Source of the DNA: an uncultured Methanobrevibacter sp.
Lineage (GTDB): Archaea; Methanobacteriota; Methanobacteria; Methanobacteriales; Methanobacteriaceae
Direction: 5' to 3'
Length of the DNA: 64,000 nt
NCBI GenBank assembly: GCA_900314605.1
Contig: OMVX01000004.1
Coordinates: 8,226-72,225 of the forward strand
The position numbers were made by a program, and so were the translations under genes. Every line of letters starts with the position of its first letter. The stretch's first letter is position 1. Below are positions 10,004 through 20,372 of the stretch, in pieces. A model generated the notes under the pieces. That model saw only the letters and a program-made list of their open reading frames with translations. It ran no database searches and was not told where the DNA came from.

Positions 10004-10705
10004 ATGGTAAATGTTGATGAGGCAATTATTGCTAAATTAGAGTCACATGGAGAACATTTTGAAATATTAGTAGATTCAGATTTAGCTGCTGAATATCGAA
10101 ATCCGGATGGTAAGGATGTGGACATTGAAGATATTTTAGCAGTAGATGAAATATTTAAAGATTCTAAAAAAGGAGATAAAGCTTCAGATGAAGCTAAAGA
10201 AAAAGTTTTTAAAACTACTGATTCATTAGATTGTGCAAAGCAGATTCTTGAAAAAGGCCATATACAACTTACTGCAAAACAAAAAAAGCAAATGCAGGAA
10301 GATAAACATAAATTAATTATTAATAAAATTGCTAGAGAGTCAATTAATCCTCAAACAGGATTTCCTCATCCTCCACTTAGAATTGAAAATGCTTTGGAGG
10401 AAGCTAAATTTAAAGTTGATCCATTTACATCTGTAGACCAACAGGTACAATTAGCTCTTAAAGCTATTAGGCCACTAATACCAATAAAATTTGAAAAAGT
10501 TAAAATGGCTGTTAGATTACCTGGAACAGTAGCAGGCCAGTCATATTCTGCTATTAGGCCTTTTGGTGAAATATTACAAGAAGAATGGCAACAAGATGGT
10601 TCCTGGATAGGTATTGTAGAGATACCTGGAGGTCTTCAAGAACAATTCACTGATAAAATGGCTGAAATATCTAATGGTGAAGGTGAAACTAAATTAATTA
10701 AATAA
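10004..10705 (+). CDS. Ribosome assembly factor SBDS/Sdo1
   Basis: GEHFEILVD, KGHIQLTA, NPQTGFPHPP, PIKFEK; superoperon position. Confidence 0.95.
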   Translation: MVNVDEAIIAKLESHGEHFEILVDSDLAAEYRNPDGKDVDIEDILAVDEIFKDSKKGDKASDEAKEKVFKTTDSLDCAKQILEKGHIQLTAKQKKQMQEDKHKLIINKIARESINPQTGFPHPPLRIENALEEAKFKVDPFTSVDQQVQLALKAIRPLIPIKFEKVKMAVRLPGTVAGQSYSAIRPFGEILQEEWQQDGSWIGIVEIPGGLQEQFTDKMAEISNGEGETKLIK

Positions 10706-10743
10706 CAAAAATTATAATTATTTAATTATACGGTGTGTATAAG

Positions 10744-11805
10744 ATGATTTATGTAGAAAATAAAGATTTGGTTATTCCTGGAGAGGTCCTTGCAGAAGAT
10801 GACTTCTATTCAGGAAGGGGAACCTTTAAAGAGGATGGTAAAATCTGCTCCTCTTTAATAGGTTTGGTCTCCTTAAGGAATAAAAAAATTAATGTTATTC
10901 CTTTAAAAAGTAAATATGTTCCAAAGAAAGGGGATGTAGTAATTGGTAAAATTAATGATGTTAGATTTTCTATGTGGGGGGTTGATATTAATTCACCATA
11001 TGAAGGTATAATACCAGCATCTGAAGTCTTTGGAAGAGATAAAAAAACTTTAAATAAAGTTTTTGATGTAGGGGATGTTTTATTTTTAAGAGTAGTTGAT
11101 GTTGATGAAGTTAAAAAAGCTAAACTAGGACTTAAAGGTCGCGGAATGGGTAAATTTAAAGGAGGAATAATTGTAGAAATTGCTCCAACTAAAGTACCTA
11201 GACTAATAGGTAAAAAAGGTTCCATGATTAATATGATTAAAGATAAAACTGGATGTAAAATTGTAGTTGGTCAAAATGGTCTTGTTTGGATTAGAGGAGA
11301 TTCTGAAATGGAAAGAATCACTAGGGATATTATCAGTGTTATCGAACAAGAAGCTCATACATCTGGTTTAACTGATAGGATTCGTGAAAAATTATATCTT
11401 GATATAACTGGTGAGATTCCTAATGAATTTGATGATATTGATGATGATTATGTTGAAAGTCCCACATTTGACTTTGAAGATTTTGAGAATAATCCAAAAG
11501 TAGATGATGAACCAATTACTGAGCCTTTACCAAATGAAGGTTTTAAAAGAAATAAACGTTCAAACAAGCGGTTTAATAACAATAAAAAATTCCATAAAAA
11601 ATCTCGTTCTCCTAGAAAGTATGAATTAGAAAAACCTCAACTTCAAAATTTCAAAGATGAATTAGAACAAGAGGAGTTAGAAGCTAAAAGAAATGAAGAT
11701 TTTATGGATAATATAGATAATATAGAAAAAGAGAAAAATAACGTTAAAAAACCTTTTGAAACGGGTAAAAATAAATCTGGTTTTTCTATTTTTAGAGATG
11801 ATTAA
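10744..11805 (+). CDS. rrp4: Exosome complex RNA-binding protein Rrp4 with long C-terminal extension
   Basis: S1 ([13 protein letters not shown]) and KH ([19 protein letters not shown]) domains; start reassigned to 10744. Confidence 0.95.
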   Translation: MIYVENKDLVIPGEVLAEDDFYSGRGTFKEDGKICSSLIGLVSLRNKKINVIPLKSKYVPKKGDVVIGKINDVRFSMWGVDINSPYEGIIPASEVFGRDKKTLNKVFDVGDVLFLRVVDVDEVKKAKLGLKGRGMGKFKGGIIVEIAPTKVPRLIGKKGSMINMIKDKTGCKIVVGQNGLVWIRGDSEMERITRDIISVIEQEAHTSGLTDRIREKLYLDITGEIPNEFDDIDDDYVESPTFDFEDFENNPKVDDEPITEPLPNEGFKRNKRSNKRFNNNKKFHKKSRSPRKYELEKPQLQNFKDELEQEELEAKRNEDFMDNIDNIEKEKNNVKKPFETGKNKSGFSIFRDD

Positions 11806-11848
11806 AAATATAAATTAAAATGATTTAATTAAAAATATTTTTGTTTAG

Positions 11849-12556
11849 GTGATTTTTATTAGCGAAGAAAGAAAAATTAGGGAAGATGGTAGAAAATATA
11901 ATGAACTTCGCCCTATTAAAATTGAAGCAGGAGTATTAGAAAGAGCTGATGGATCTGCTTATGTTGAAGTCGGTGGAAATAAAATTTTTGCTTGTGTTTA
12001 TGGCCCTAAAGAAACTTATAAAAGAAGATTATTACGTCCTGATAAAGGAGTAATAAGTGTAAGATATAGTATGGCTCCATTTTCAGTAGACTCAAGGAAA
12101 AAACCTGGTCCGGATAGAAGATCAAATGAAATTTCAAAAATAACTGAAGATGCTCTTCGTCCAGCATTATTATTAGAAGGATTCCCAAGATCTATGGTTG
12201 AAGTTTATATTGAAGTAATATCAGCTGAAGGTGGAACCCGTTGTGCTGGTGTTACTGCAGCTGCTGTAGCACTTGCTGATGCAGGTATACCAATGAAAGA
12301 TATACCAGCAGGTTGTGCAGCAGGTAAAATGAATGATGAAGTAGTCTTAGATTTATCTGAAATTGAAGATAAAAATGGTCAAGCTGATGTTCCACTAGTA
12401 ATTATGCCAAGAACAGGTGAAATTACTCTCTTACAGGCAGACGGTAATTTATCTCAGGAAGAATTTGAAGAAGCTATTAATTTAGCTATAGATGGTTGTA
12501 TGCAAGTTAGTGAATTACAAAAAGAAGCTCTTAAAGCTCGTTATGTTCTAGAGTAG
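11849..12556 (+). CDS. rrp41: Exosome complex exonuclease Rrp41
   Basis: [40 protein letters not shown]; start codon uncertain (see findings). Confidence 0.95.
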   Translation: MIFISEERKIREDGRKYNELRPIKIEAGVLERADGSAYVEVGGNKIFACVYGPKETYKRRLLRPDKGVISVRYSMAPFSVDSRKKPGPDRRSNEISKITEDALRPALLLEGFPRSMVEVYIEVISAEGGTRCAGVTAAAVALADAGIPMKDIPAGCAAGKMNDEVVLDLSEIEDKNGQADVPLVIMPRTGEITLLQADGNLSQEEFEEAINLAIDGCMQVSELQKEALKARYVLE

Positions 12557-12565
12557 AGGGATATT

Positions 12566-13360
12566 ATGGATGTAACACCTGAAATTATTAGAGATAATTT
12601 AACAAATCTAGTTAATAATAATCAAAGAGTAGATGGAAGAGAACTTGATGAATATAGGGATATTAGTATTGAAACTGGAGTAATTCCAAAAGCTGAAGGT
12701 TCAGCTTTATGTACTCTTGGAGGTACTAAAGTTATTGTAGGAATTAAACCTTCCGTTGGTTCTCCATTTGAAGATACACCAGATGTTGGTGTATTAATGA
12801 CAAACTGTGAATTAGTTCCTATGGCAGACCCTAGTTTTGAATCTGGTCCTCCTTCTCCAGAATCTATTGAACTTGCACGTGTAGTAGATCGTGGAATACG
12901 TGAAAGTGAAATGGTTAATTTAAAAGAATTATGTATTGAAGAAGGTAAACATGTATGGATGCTTTTTATTGATATTCATGTAATAGATAATTGTGGTAAT
13001 TTATTTGATTGCGCTAGTTTAGCAGCTAATGCAGCATTAAAAACATGTAAATTGAAAAAAGCTACCATTGTAGATGATGAAGTTGTATATGTTGAAGATG
13101 AAACTTTGGATGTCCCTTTAAATCATAATGTAGCTTTATCTACATTTGTTAAAATTGGTGATAAAATGATTCTTGATCCTTCATTAGAAGAAGAAAGTGT
13201 TTTATCAGCAAGATTATCTATTGGTATTACTGAAGAAGGTAGTATTTGCTCTATGCAAAAAGGTGGTGAAGAATCTATTAGTAAAGAAGATTTGTTCTTT
13301 GCTGTAAACACTGCTTTAAATAAAAATGAAGAGATATTAGCTAATTTAAATACAGAATAA
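12566..13360 (+). CDS. rrp42: Exosome complex component Rrp42
   Basis: RVDGRELDEYRDI, AEGSA, ELARVVDRGIRES, CSMQKGG. Confidence 0.95.
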   Translation: MDVTPEIIRDNLTNLVNNNQRVDGRELDEYRDISIETGVIPKAEGSALCTLGGTKVIVGIKPSVGSPFEDTPDVGVLMTNCELVPMADPSFESGPPSPESIELARVVDRGIRESEMVNLKELCIEEGKHVWMLFIDIHVIDNCGNLFDCASLAANAALKTCKLKKATIVDDEVVYVEDETLDVPLNHNVALSTFVKIGDKMILDPSLEEESVLSARLSIGITEEGSICSMQKGGEESISKEDLFFAVNTALNKNEEILANLNTE

Positions 13361-13781
13361 TTTACAATTAGCTTATTTTTTATTTTTTTATAATCTTTAG
13401 TTAGATTATTAATAGATTTTTTTAATTTTCTTATACTAATATTCAGCTATATTTTTTATAGACTATTTCTATTTTTTATATACTAAAATAAATTAAATTA
13501 ATATAATATATATTATTTAATTTCCACTTTTTTCAAGTAAAAAAACATTAACTTTAAATACTGTTAAATCTTAAATTATTATATTAGATAATGTTATGTT
13601 TTAATTACTAACTCATAAATTATAATTTTAATTAGCAATTCTTCTTTTATTAATTAAAAGAAGTTTTTTATACTAAGATTAATCAATTAATTTTATAATA
13701 TTTTGATTATTTTAATAGTTTTCTTATTCCAAATAGGGATTAAGATTTTTAACATAATAATAATTATTAGGAGATTTTATA

Positions 13782-14045
13782 ATGGCTAGAACAAAAAAAG
13801 TAGGTATCACTGGAAGATTTGGAGCTAGATACGGAAGAAAAGCAAAGAGATCTGTTAAAATTATTGAAGAAAATAAAAATAAAAAACATATTTGTCCTCA
13901 ATGTGACAGACCTGGAGTTAAAAGAATTGCTGCAGGTATTTGGAAATGTAAAAAATGTGGAAACACTTTTACTGGTGGAGCTTACATTCCAGAAACTCCT
14001 ATGGCAAAAACTGCTAAACGTAATGTCAAATACGGGGGAAATTAA
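13782..14045 (+). CDS. rpl37ae: 50S ribosomal protein L37Ae
   Basis: [22 protein letters not shown]...GIWKCKKC zinc finger. Confidence 0.97.
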   Translation: MARTKKVGITGRFGARYGRKAKRSVKIIEENKNKKHICPQCDRPGVKRIAAGIWKCKKCGNTFTGGAYIPETPMAKTAKRNVKYGGN

Positions 14046-14177
14046 TTGTATAGATGTCCTAATTGTGGTGAAGAAATAGAGCACCAAAGTTATGAAGAAA
14101 ATAAATGTCCTAAATGTAGATATAGGATTTTATTTAAAAAAACCCCTACTGTTAAAAGAACAGTTAAAGCTAGATAA
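14046..14177 (+). CDS. rpoP: DNA-directed RNA polymerase subunit P (Rpo12); absent from the ORF track
   Basis: Manual translation from TTG: MYRCPNCGEEIEHQSYEENKCPKCRYRILFKKTPTVKRTVKAR (43 aa); G-rich RBS within the rpl37ae 3' end; canonical position. Confidence 0.95.
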   Translation: MYRCPNCGEEIEHQSYEENKCPKCRYRILFKKTPTVKRTVKAR

Positions 14178-14277
14178 TTATCTAATTATCTCTTTTTTTT
14201 TATAATTTATTTTTTTATTTTTTTAAATTCTCATTTTAAAACTGTGATTTAAATAATATATAATCATTGTGATTACT

Positions 14278-14793
14278 ATGCTTATTTCAACATCACGTAA
14301 ACCTTCTCAAAATACTCGAAAGTTTTGTAAAAACCTTAAGCATGCAACGGGTTCTGAATATGTTAACCGTGGAAAAAGCAGTATTAGAGATATACTTTTA
14401 AAATCTGCAGTTTCAGGTAATGATTCAACAGCTTTAGTATATGAGATTAAAGGTAATCCAAGTAAAATCACTTTTTACTCAAGGGCAAAAGAAGTTTTAT
14501 CAATTCTTGTAACAGTTAAAACTCAAAATACTCGCCTTCATATTAATCCAGATAATCTTACTGTAAAATGTGATGTTCCCCGGTTATCTATATTAGCTGA
14601 GTTATTAGGTGCTGATTTAGAAGATAATCCTAAGGATAATTATTTATATATTCATGAGTACACTGATCAAGACGAAGATGAATATATAGAAAAAGATTAT
14701 GTAGACTACAAAATTGCAATTATTGATTTTTACAATAAAAAGGGTGAAAAATTAGATTTACAAATTGCAGTTAGGAAAATTTTAGATATTTAA
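14278..14793 (+). CDS. Brix-domain ribosome biogenesis protein (Imp4-like)
   Basis: MLISTSRKPSQNTRKFCKNL...YVNRGKSS, GNPSKI; superoperon position. Confidence 0.9.
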   Translation: MLISTSRKPSQNTRKFCKNLKHATGSEYVNRGKSSIRDILLKSAVSGNDSTALVYEIKGNPSKITFYSRAKEVLSILVTVKTQNTRLHINPDNLTVKCDVPRLSILAELLGADLEDNPKDNYLYIHEYTDQDEDEYIEKDYVDYKIAIIDFYNKKGEKLDLQIAVRKILDI

Positions 14794-14876
14794 GTTATTA
14801 AATAATTTAATAAATTATTTTTTTTTATTATTATTTAATTTTAACAATTTTTTTTTATAATTTTATTGTTGGTTTT

Positions 14877-15143
14877 ATGGTAAATGAGGATAAAATTCTA
14901 GATAGTGTAGAACATAATATTAAAATTCATTTTGAAGATTCAAATCAAGCAAAAATTATTTATGATTCAGTTTTACTTGAATTTGAAACATCTCCAGATT
15001 ATAGATCCACAATGGATTTAAAATTAGATAAGAATATTATTATAATTTATATTAAAGCTAGTGATGCTACAAGTTATAGAGCTTCTATAAATTCATCTAT
15101 TAAATGGATTAAATTAGCCTTAGAAGTTAATAATTTAGTTTAA
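14877..15143 (+). CDS. pcc1: KEOPS complex subunit Pcc1
   Basis: IKASDATSYRASINSSIKWIKLA motif; position between Brix and pfdB. Confidence 0.88.
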   Translation: MVNEDKILDSVEHNIKIHFEDSNQAKIIYDSVLLEFETSPDYRSTMDLKLDKNIIIIYIKASDATSYRASINSSIKWIKLALEVNNLV

Positions 15144-15314
15144 GCATACTAATATTCTTATATAATTAAGTATAATTAAAAGATATTTTTAAAATATTTA
15201 TATATTTTTAATATTAAGTTATTTTTATAATATTAAGTTAAATTTATAATAGATTAATAATAAATAATAATCATTAATTTAATATTCTAATTAAAATTTT
15301 TAAATTTAGGTGAT

Positions 15315-15668
15315 ATGATGGATATTCCACAAAATGTTCAAGAACAATTAAATCAATTTCAAAATTTACAACAACAAGCTCAAGCTGTAGCTGTACAAAA
15401 ACAAAATCTTGATATTCAAATTAATGAAACTGAAAGAGCTATAGCTGAATTGGAAAAAACAGATTCTGATAGAGAAGTTTATAAATCTGCTGGAAATTTA
15501 CTTATTAAAGTTGATCGTGATGAAGTTTTTGAAGAAACTAAAGAAAACTTAGAATCCCTTCAATTAAGACAAAAAACCATGGAACGTCAAGAAGAAAGAG
15601 TAATGAAAAAACTTGAAGAGATGCAATCATCTATTCAAAATGCTATGAATGGTTTAGGAATGAGTTAA
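15315..15668 (+). CDS. pfdB: Prefoldin subunit beta
   Basis: DIPQNVQEQLNQFQ, EVYKSAGNLLIK, coiled coil. Confidence 0.95.
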   Translation: MMDIPQNVQEQLNQFQNLQQQAQAVAVQKQNLDIQINETERAIAELEKTDSDREVYKSAGNLLIKVDRDEVFEETKENLESLQLRQKTMERQEERVMKKLEEMQSSIQNAMNGLGMS

Positions 15669-15725
15669 TCTTTTAGATTAACTTAAAAATATTTTTTTTT
15701 CAACAATTTTATTTTTAGTGACTTT

Positions 15726-16010
15726 ATGAGTAAACTTAAAAAATTATCACAAGAAGATTTAGATGATATAACTGACTTTTTTTCTAATATTGTAGATAGT
15801 AAATTATCTAATTATGTAACTAGTAAAGAAATTATTAATCAGAATATAATAACAGATATTGAGTATGAAAATGGTCAATTAGATGTAGATTTAGATATTG
15901 ATGTAGATGTTGATGCTTTATCTAACCTTTCATGGGATGATATTCAAACTATTATTGATGAATCATATGAAGAATTAGATGTTTATATAGATGATAATTA
16001 TAGAGAATAA
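15726..16010 (+). CDS. DUF3194-like acidic small protein
   Basis: LKKLSQEDL N-terminus, LDVDLDIDVDV beta segment; typically follows pfdB in methanogens. Confidence 0.7.
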   Translation: MSKLKKLSQEDLDDITDFFSNIVDSKLSNYVTSKEIINQNIITDIEYENGQLDVDLDIDVDVDALSNLSWDDIQTIIDESYEELDVYIDDNYRE

Positions 16011-16352
16011 TCATTTTTTTTATATTTTTTTAATTTTTAATTTTTTTAAATTATAATTGATTTTTTTTATTTATTTTTTCTTTATAGATTTCTTTAATTA
16101 TCTCTTAATATATTTATTTTATTTATTTTTATAAAATCTAAAATAATTAATATTAATTTAATATATATTACAATAATAATATGTTATTTATATTTTCTTT
16201 TATAGATTTGACTTAAAACTTTATTAGCATATAGATATATTTAATTTTAAGATTTTTAACAATTGAAAATTTCAGATTTCATTTTTTTATTTTTCAAGTA
16301 AACTTTAATTTAATTCAAGTAACATTTATATATGATGAAGTCATAATTATTT

Positions 16353-16438
16353 GTAAGGGTCCAACCTTAGTTTTTATAATTATTGTTAAAGGGTAAATAT
16401 TTAAGGGTTTTATTTCCCTTTATAACAGTACTTTTTTT
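16353..16438 (+). ncRNA. Candidate stand-alone small structured RNA
   Basis: TATA TTTATATA at 16325-16332; short hairpin 16354-16369; long hairpin 16381-16430 (about 18 bp with bulges); T-run terminator 16432-16438; no ORF. Confidence 0.4.
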
Positions 16439-16657
16439 ATGATTTTCTTTTTTAATATTAAGTTTTATTATAAGTTTTTATACTAATTTTCCAAACTTTT
16501 GTTTTTAAAAGACAGATTTATTTCTTATTACTTATTTAAATAAATATTTTATTAACTTTGATAATTTTTATTATGATTTTTAATATTTATGCTTATTAGA
16601 GAAAAATATTAAATCTAGTTTAACTAAATATTTATTTAAAATTTATAATGTGATTTG

Positions 16658-17347
16658 ATGATAAAGATAATACCCGTATTAGATTTAATAAATAATCAGG
16701 CAGTAAGTGGTAAAAGTGGAAACAGGTCTACTTACACTCCTTTAGATACTATATATGCTCCTAGTTCAGATCCTGTTCAAATTGCTAATGGCCTTAAAAT
16801 TAATGGTGCATCAGAGATTTATATAGCTGATTTAGATTTAATAGAAAAACAGGGACATAATATTCACACTGTTAAAACTGTTAATAATATATTACCTGTA
16901 ATGTTAGATGCAGGTATAAAAGATTTTGATTCATTTAAATTTTATCTTGATTTTGCTTATAAGCTAATAGTAGCAACTGAAACTATAAATTCTGTTAATG
17001 AAATAAAAAAAATTTTTAATACATTTCCAAAAGAACGTATCGTTGTAAGTGTAGATATTAAAGAGGGGGAACTGTATTCTACAAATTTAGACTTAAATAT
17101 TCTTGAGTTTAAAGAGGTTTTAAAACAAATTAATCCTAATGAAATAATATTATTAAACATCTCTGATGTTGGAACAAATAAAGATTTTGATAATAGTTTT
17201 ATAAAATATTTTGAAGATTTTAAAGATAAACTTATAATTGCTGGTGGCATTAAAAATGAGGATTTAACTTATATTGAATCTCTTGGTATTAATAAGGCTT
17301 TAGTTGGCACATCACTACATAAAGGTTTAATTAACTTAAAATATTAA
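16658..17347 (+). CDS. HisA/HisF-related TIM-barrel protein (archaeal paralogue, function uncertain)
   Basis: IIPVLDL...AVSGKSGNR, YIADLD, IVATET, VSVDIK, AGGI, ALVGTSLH. Confidence 0.75.
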   Translation: MIKIIPVLDLINNQAVSGKSGNRSTYTPLDTIYAPSSDPVQIANGLKINGASEIYIADLDLIEKQGHNIHTVKTVNNILPVMLDAGIKDFDSFKFYLDFAYKLIVATETINSVNEIKKIFNTFPKERIVVSVDIKEGELYSTNLDLNILEFKEVLKQINPNEIILLNISDVGTNKDFDNSFIKYFEDFKDKLIIAGGIKNEDLTYIESLGINKALVGTSLHKGLINLKY

Positions 17348-17472
17348 TAACTATTACATCATTTTATATTATAGAAAAATTTTATATACTTTATTTAATT
17401 ATATATTATAAATAGAAATAAATTATTTTCAATTAAACGTTATATTTAAGCTAATTAATAAAGGGATTTTTT

Positions 17473-17655
17473 ATGGCACTTAGTGGATCATTAATATTTT
17501 CACATATTTTACCAGTAGTATTTGCATTTTTCGGAATTTTATTTTTAATATCAGGAATTATGGATAACAATAAAACTAAATCTATTTTAGGAGCTTTTTT
17601 GTTTATATTTGCAGCGGTTAGTCCGTTTATATTTTTAAGAGTTTTTCTTTTATAA
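17473..17655 (+). CDS. Small two-TM membrane protein
   Basis: 60 aa, two hydrophobic helices, RBS-like AGGGA upstream. Confidence 0.65.
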   Translation: MALSGSLIFSHILPVVFAFFGILFLISGIMDNNKTKSILGAFLFIFAAVSPFIFLRVFLL

Positions 17656-17783
17656 AATTAAAGATTAATATAAGTTAATATAAGTATCTTTAATTTTTAT
17701 TTTTCAAGTTAATTTTAATAAAATACATTATCACTCTTAATTTTGCTGATTTTATTTCTTTATATTTTTTATTTTATGATAGT

Positions 17784-18653
17784 ATGTTGAATTTTCTTAT
17801 TATAGGTCCTATCACTAAAGATATTAATAGTTTTGCTAATCAGGTATATACAAATATAGGTGGATCTGTATATTATGAAGCATTTGTTTTTGAAAATTTA
17901 AATGTTAATTATACTGTATTAACTACTCTAAAAAAAGATGATTTTAATCTTTTAAATAAATTTCCTGATAAATCTAAAATTTCTATAGTATTTAAAGATG
18001 AAACCTTAGTGTTTAAAAATATTTATATAACTGATTCTAATAGAACACAAAAATCTAATTTTTCAAATATTCCTATAACTAAGGAAGATTTTATAAAAAC
18101 TAAAATTAATCTTAAGGATTATGATGCTATTTTAATTAATCCTTTAGTAAATTCAGATTTGGATTTAAATTTATTAAAATATTTATCAAAATATCAAATT
18201 CCTATATTGTTATCTCTTCAAGGAATTTTAAAATACCCTTCATATAATGATAGTATTGAATATAATGTGCCATTAATTTTTAATGAAATTTTAAAATATG
18301 TTGATTATATATTTTGTGATGATTTTGAATTTAATTTCATATATCCTAACATGTCTCAAGATGATATTTTTACAATTTTTAAAAGTACAAATATTTCTGA
18401 AATAATAATTACAAAAAATAAGAAAGGTTCATTTGTTTTAGATACTATAAAAAATAAGTCTTATAATATTAATCCTATTAAACCAAAGAAAATAATATCT
18501 CCAACTGGTGCAGGGGATACCTATATGGCAGCATATGCTTATAAACGTTTTAATAACTGTACCATTGAAGAAAGTGGTAATTTTGCATCAAAAATTGCAA
18601 GTTTAAAATTAGAAAAGACAGGTCCATTTAATATATCATTAGGAAAATTTTAG
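17784..18653 (+). CDS. PfkB/ribokinase-family carbohydrate kinase
   Basis: IGPITKD, GGSVYY, SPTGAGDTYMAAY anion-hole signature. Confidence 0.85.
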   Translation: MLNFLIIGPITKDINSFANQVYTNIGGSVYYEAFVFENLNVNYTVLTTLKKDDFNLLNKFPDKSKISIVFKDETLVFKNIYITDSNRTQKSNFSNIPITKEDFIKTKINLKDYDAILINPLVNSDLDLNLLKYLSKYQIPILLSLQGILKYPSYNDSIEYNVPLIFNEILKYVDYIFCDDFEFNFIYPNMSQDDIFTIFKSTNISEIIITKNKKGSFVLDTIKNKSYNINPIKPKKIISPTGAGDTYMAAYAYKRFNNCTIEESGNFASKIASLKLEKTGPFNISLGKF

Positions 18654-18701
18654 TATTTTATTAAGAATATTAATTTTCAACTATTTTTTGTAAAAATTTC
18701 A

Positions 18702-18940
18702 GGCACTTTCAAAAACTTATGTGATTTTAATTTTTACAAGTTGCACAACCCAAAAATTATCCATCGATTTATGATTTATTTTTAATTTAAAAATTTATAA
18801 CTTAATATATTAAGTTGAAATTATATATTAATTGTGTATAAAATAAAAGCTTTATATTTATGTTTTAACTTTTTAAACCTTAATTTTTCTAAGGTAAAAA
18901 AATGGAAATAAAAGTTATCACACAAGTTTTTGAAAGTGCC
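18702..18940. mobile_element. MITE (non-autonomous IS derivative), 239 bp
   Basis: 24-bp TIRs GGCACTTTCAAAAACTTATGTGAT (18702-18725) and ATCACACAAGTTTTTGAAAGTGCC (18917-18940), 1 mismatch; perfect 8-bp target duplication AAATTTCA at 18694-18701 and 18941-18948; no transposase ORF inside. Confidence 0.9.
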
Positions 18941-18989
18941 AAATTTCATAATAGAAATATTTTTTAATAAAAAGATTTAATATTAAATT

Positions 18990-19859
18990 ATGGTTGATTC
19001 AATAAGTGATAAATCCAAAAACTATCATAAAAAAGCAAGTACTAATATATCAATTACACTTTTGTTAACTTTTTTATTTAATATTATTGTGATATGTGGA
19101 GGATTATATACTAATAGTGTTGCTATTTTATCAGATTCTATTCATGAAGTAGCAGATACATTATGTATTTTTATTTCATGGGTACTTGAAAAAGCTTCAC
19201 TGAAAAATCCAGATGATAAATATACTTATGGTTATCAAAGATTATCTTTATTAAGTGCTCTTATCACCTCATTTTTTGTTATTGGCGCATCTATATTTGT
19301 TCTATATGAGTCTTTTACTAGAATATTTTATATTATTAAACCAGATGCAAAAGGTATGTTTATCTTTGGAATTATAGGTATTATTTTTAAGGGATATTCA
19401 TTTTATAAGGTTTATAATGGTCAAACATATAATGAAAAAGCTATTAGTTTACATCTATTAGGAGACCTATTAGAATGGGTAGCTATTTTAATTTTAAGTA
19501 TTATTTTAATGTTTTCCGATTTAGTTATATTAGACCCAATTATTTCTTTAATTATAGCAATTTGGTTAATATATTCTTTAGGTAAAACATCTATAGAATC
19601 TATTAGGATTTTCCTACAAAAAGTTCCAGATCAATATAATCTTAAAGAGATAAAAGAAAAGATTTTAAAAATAGATAATGTTTGTGAAATTATCAATATT
19701 CATCTATGGAGTTTAGATGGAATTGCTTTAATTTTAACATGTAAATTAAAGGTTAAAACGACTAATAAAGATGATTTAATTCAAATAAGAAATGATATTT
19801 CTAAAATTTCTAAAGAATATGATGTTATTGAAGAAACTGTAGAATTTATATTTAATTAA
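18990..19859 (+). CDS. Cation diffusion facilitator (CzcD/ZitB-like) transporter
   Basis: SVAILSDSIHEVAD, YTYGYQRL, LHLLGD, DPIIS, IHLWSL. Confidence 0.9.
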   Translation: MVDSISDKSKNYHKKASTNISITLLLTFLFNIIVICGGLYTNSVAILSDSIHEVADTLCIFISWVLEKASLKNPDDKYTYGYQRLSLLSALITSFFVIGASIFVLYESFTRIFYIIKPDAKGMFIFGIIGIIFKGYSFYKVYNGQTYNEKAISLHLLGDLLEWVAILILSIILMFSDLVILDPIISLIIAIWLIYSLGKTSIESIRIFLQKVPDQYNLKEIKEKILKIDNVCEIINIHLWSLDGIALILTCKLKVKTTNKDDLIQIRNDISKISKEYDVIEETVEFIFN

Positions 19860-19985
19860 TATATAATTTCATTTTACCTTTTTTTATAAAAAAAATTATA
19901 TATAATATTTTATATATTATCTAATTGTATAATGATTTGGAAATTATAATACTTTTTATTAATTAATTAAAATTGAGGATATATT

Positions 19986-20336
19986 ATGGACTCTAAATTT
20001 AAAGCCAATCTTATGATTTTTTTAACTATTGCAGTTTTAGCTATAGGTATAGCATTTATCTGCCAATCTATGACTGGTTCTTTTATGAATCCATATTTAA
20101 GTAAATTTATTCCTCAAAAAACTGATAAATTAGGTATTATTGCAGATGGAGATTTTTCTCCAGAACAGATTAAAACAGTTCAAATTAATGTTGTAAAACC
20201 TAAAATTGAAAATAATACTACAGTTGAAAATACTACATATAATCCTGATGATTATCCTGATTATGATCCAAATTCTTCTCAGCCAGATAATCCTAACGAT
20301 TTATATAATGATTTAATAGAGAATTACTATTTTTAA
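19986..20336 (+). CDS. Membrane-anchored hypothetical protein
   Basis: N-terminal TM helix, Asp/Pro/Asn-rich tail, RBS GAGGA. Confidence 0.6.
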   Translation: MDSKFKANLMIFLTIAVLAIGIAFICQSMTGSFMNPYLSKFIPQKTDKLGIIADGDFSPEQIKTVQINVVKPKIENNTTVENTTYNPDDYPDYDPNSSQPDNPNDLYNDLIENYYF

Positions 20337-20372
20337 TTTCTGAATCTATTAATTTTTTATTTATTAAAATTT

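Noticed and set aside
16332-16400. C/D-box sRNA (ATGATGA box C match at 16332-16338)
   Set aside because: No CTGA box D/D' downstream, and the match overlaps the TATA region upstream of the predicted TSS.
18902-18967. Small ORF MEIKVITQVFESAKFHNRNIF reading out of the MITE end
   Set aside because: 21 codons created across the TIR/TSD junction; no independent support.
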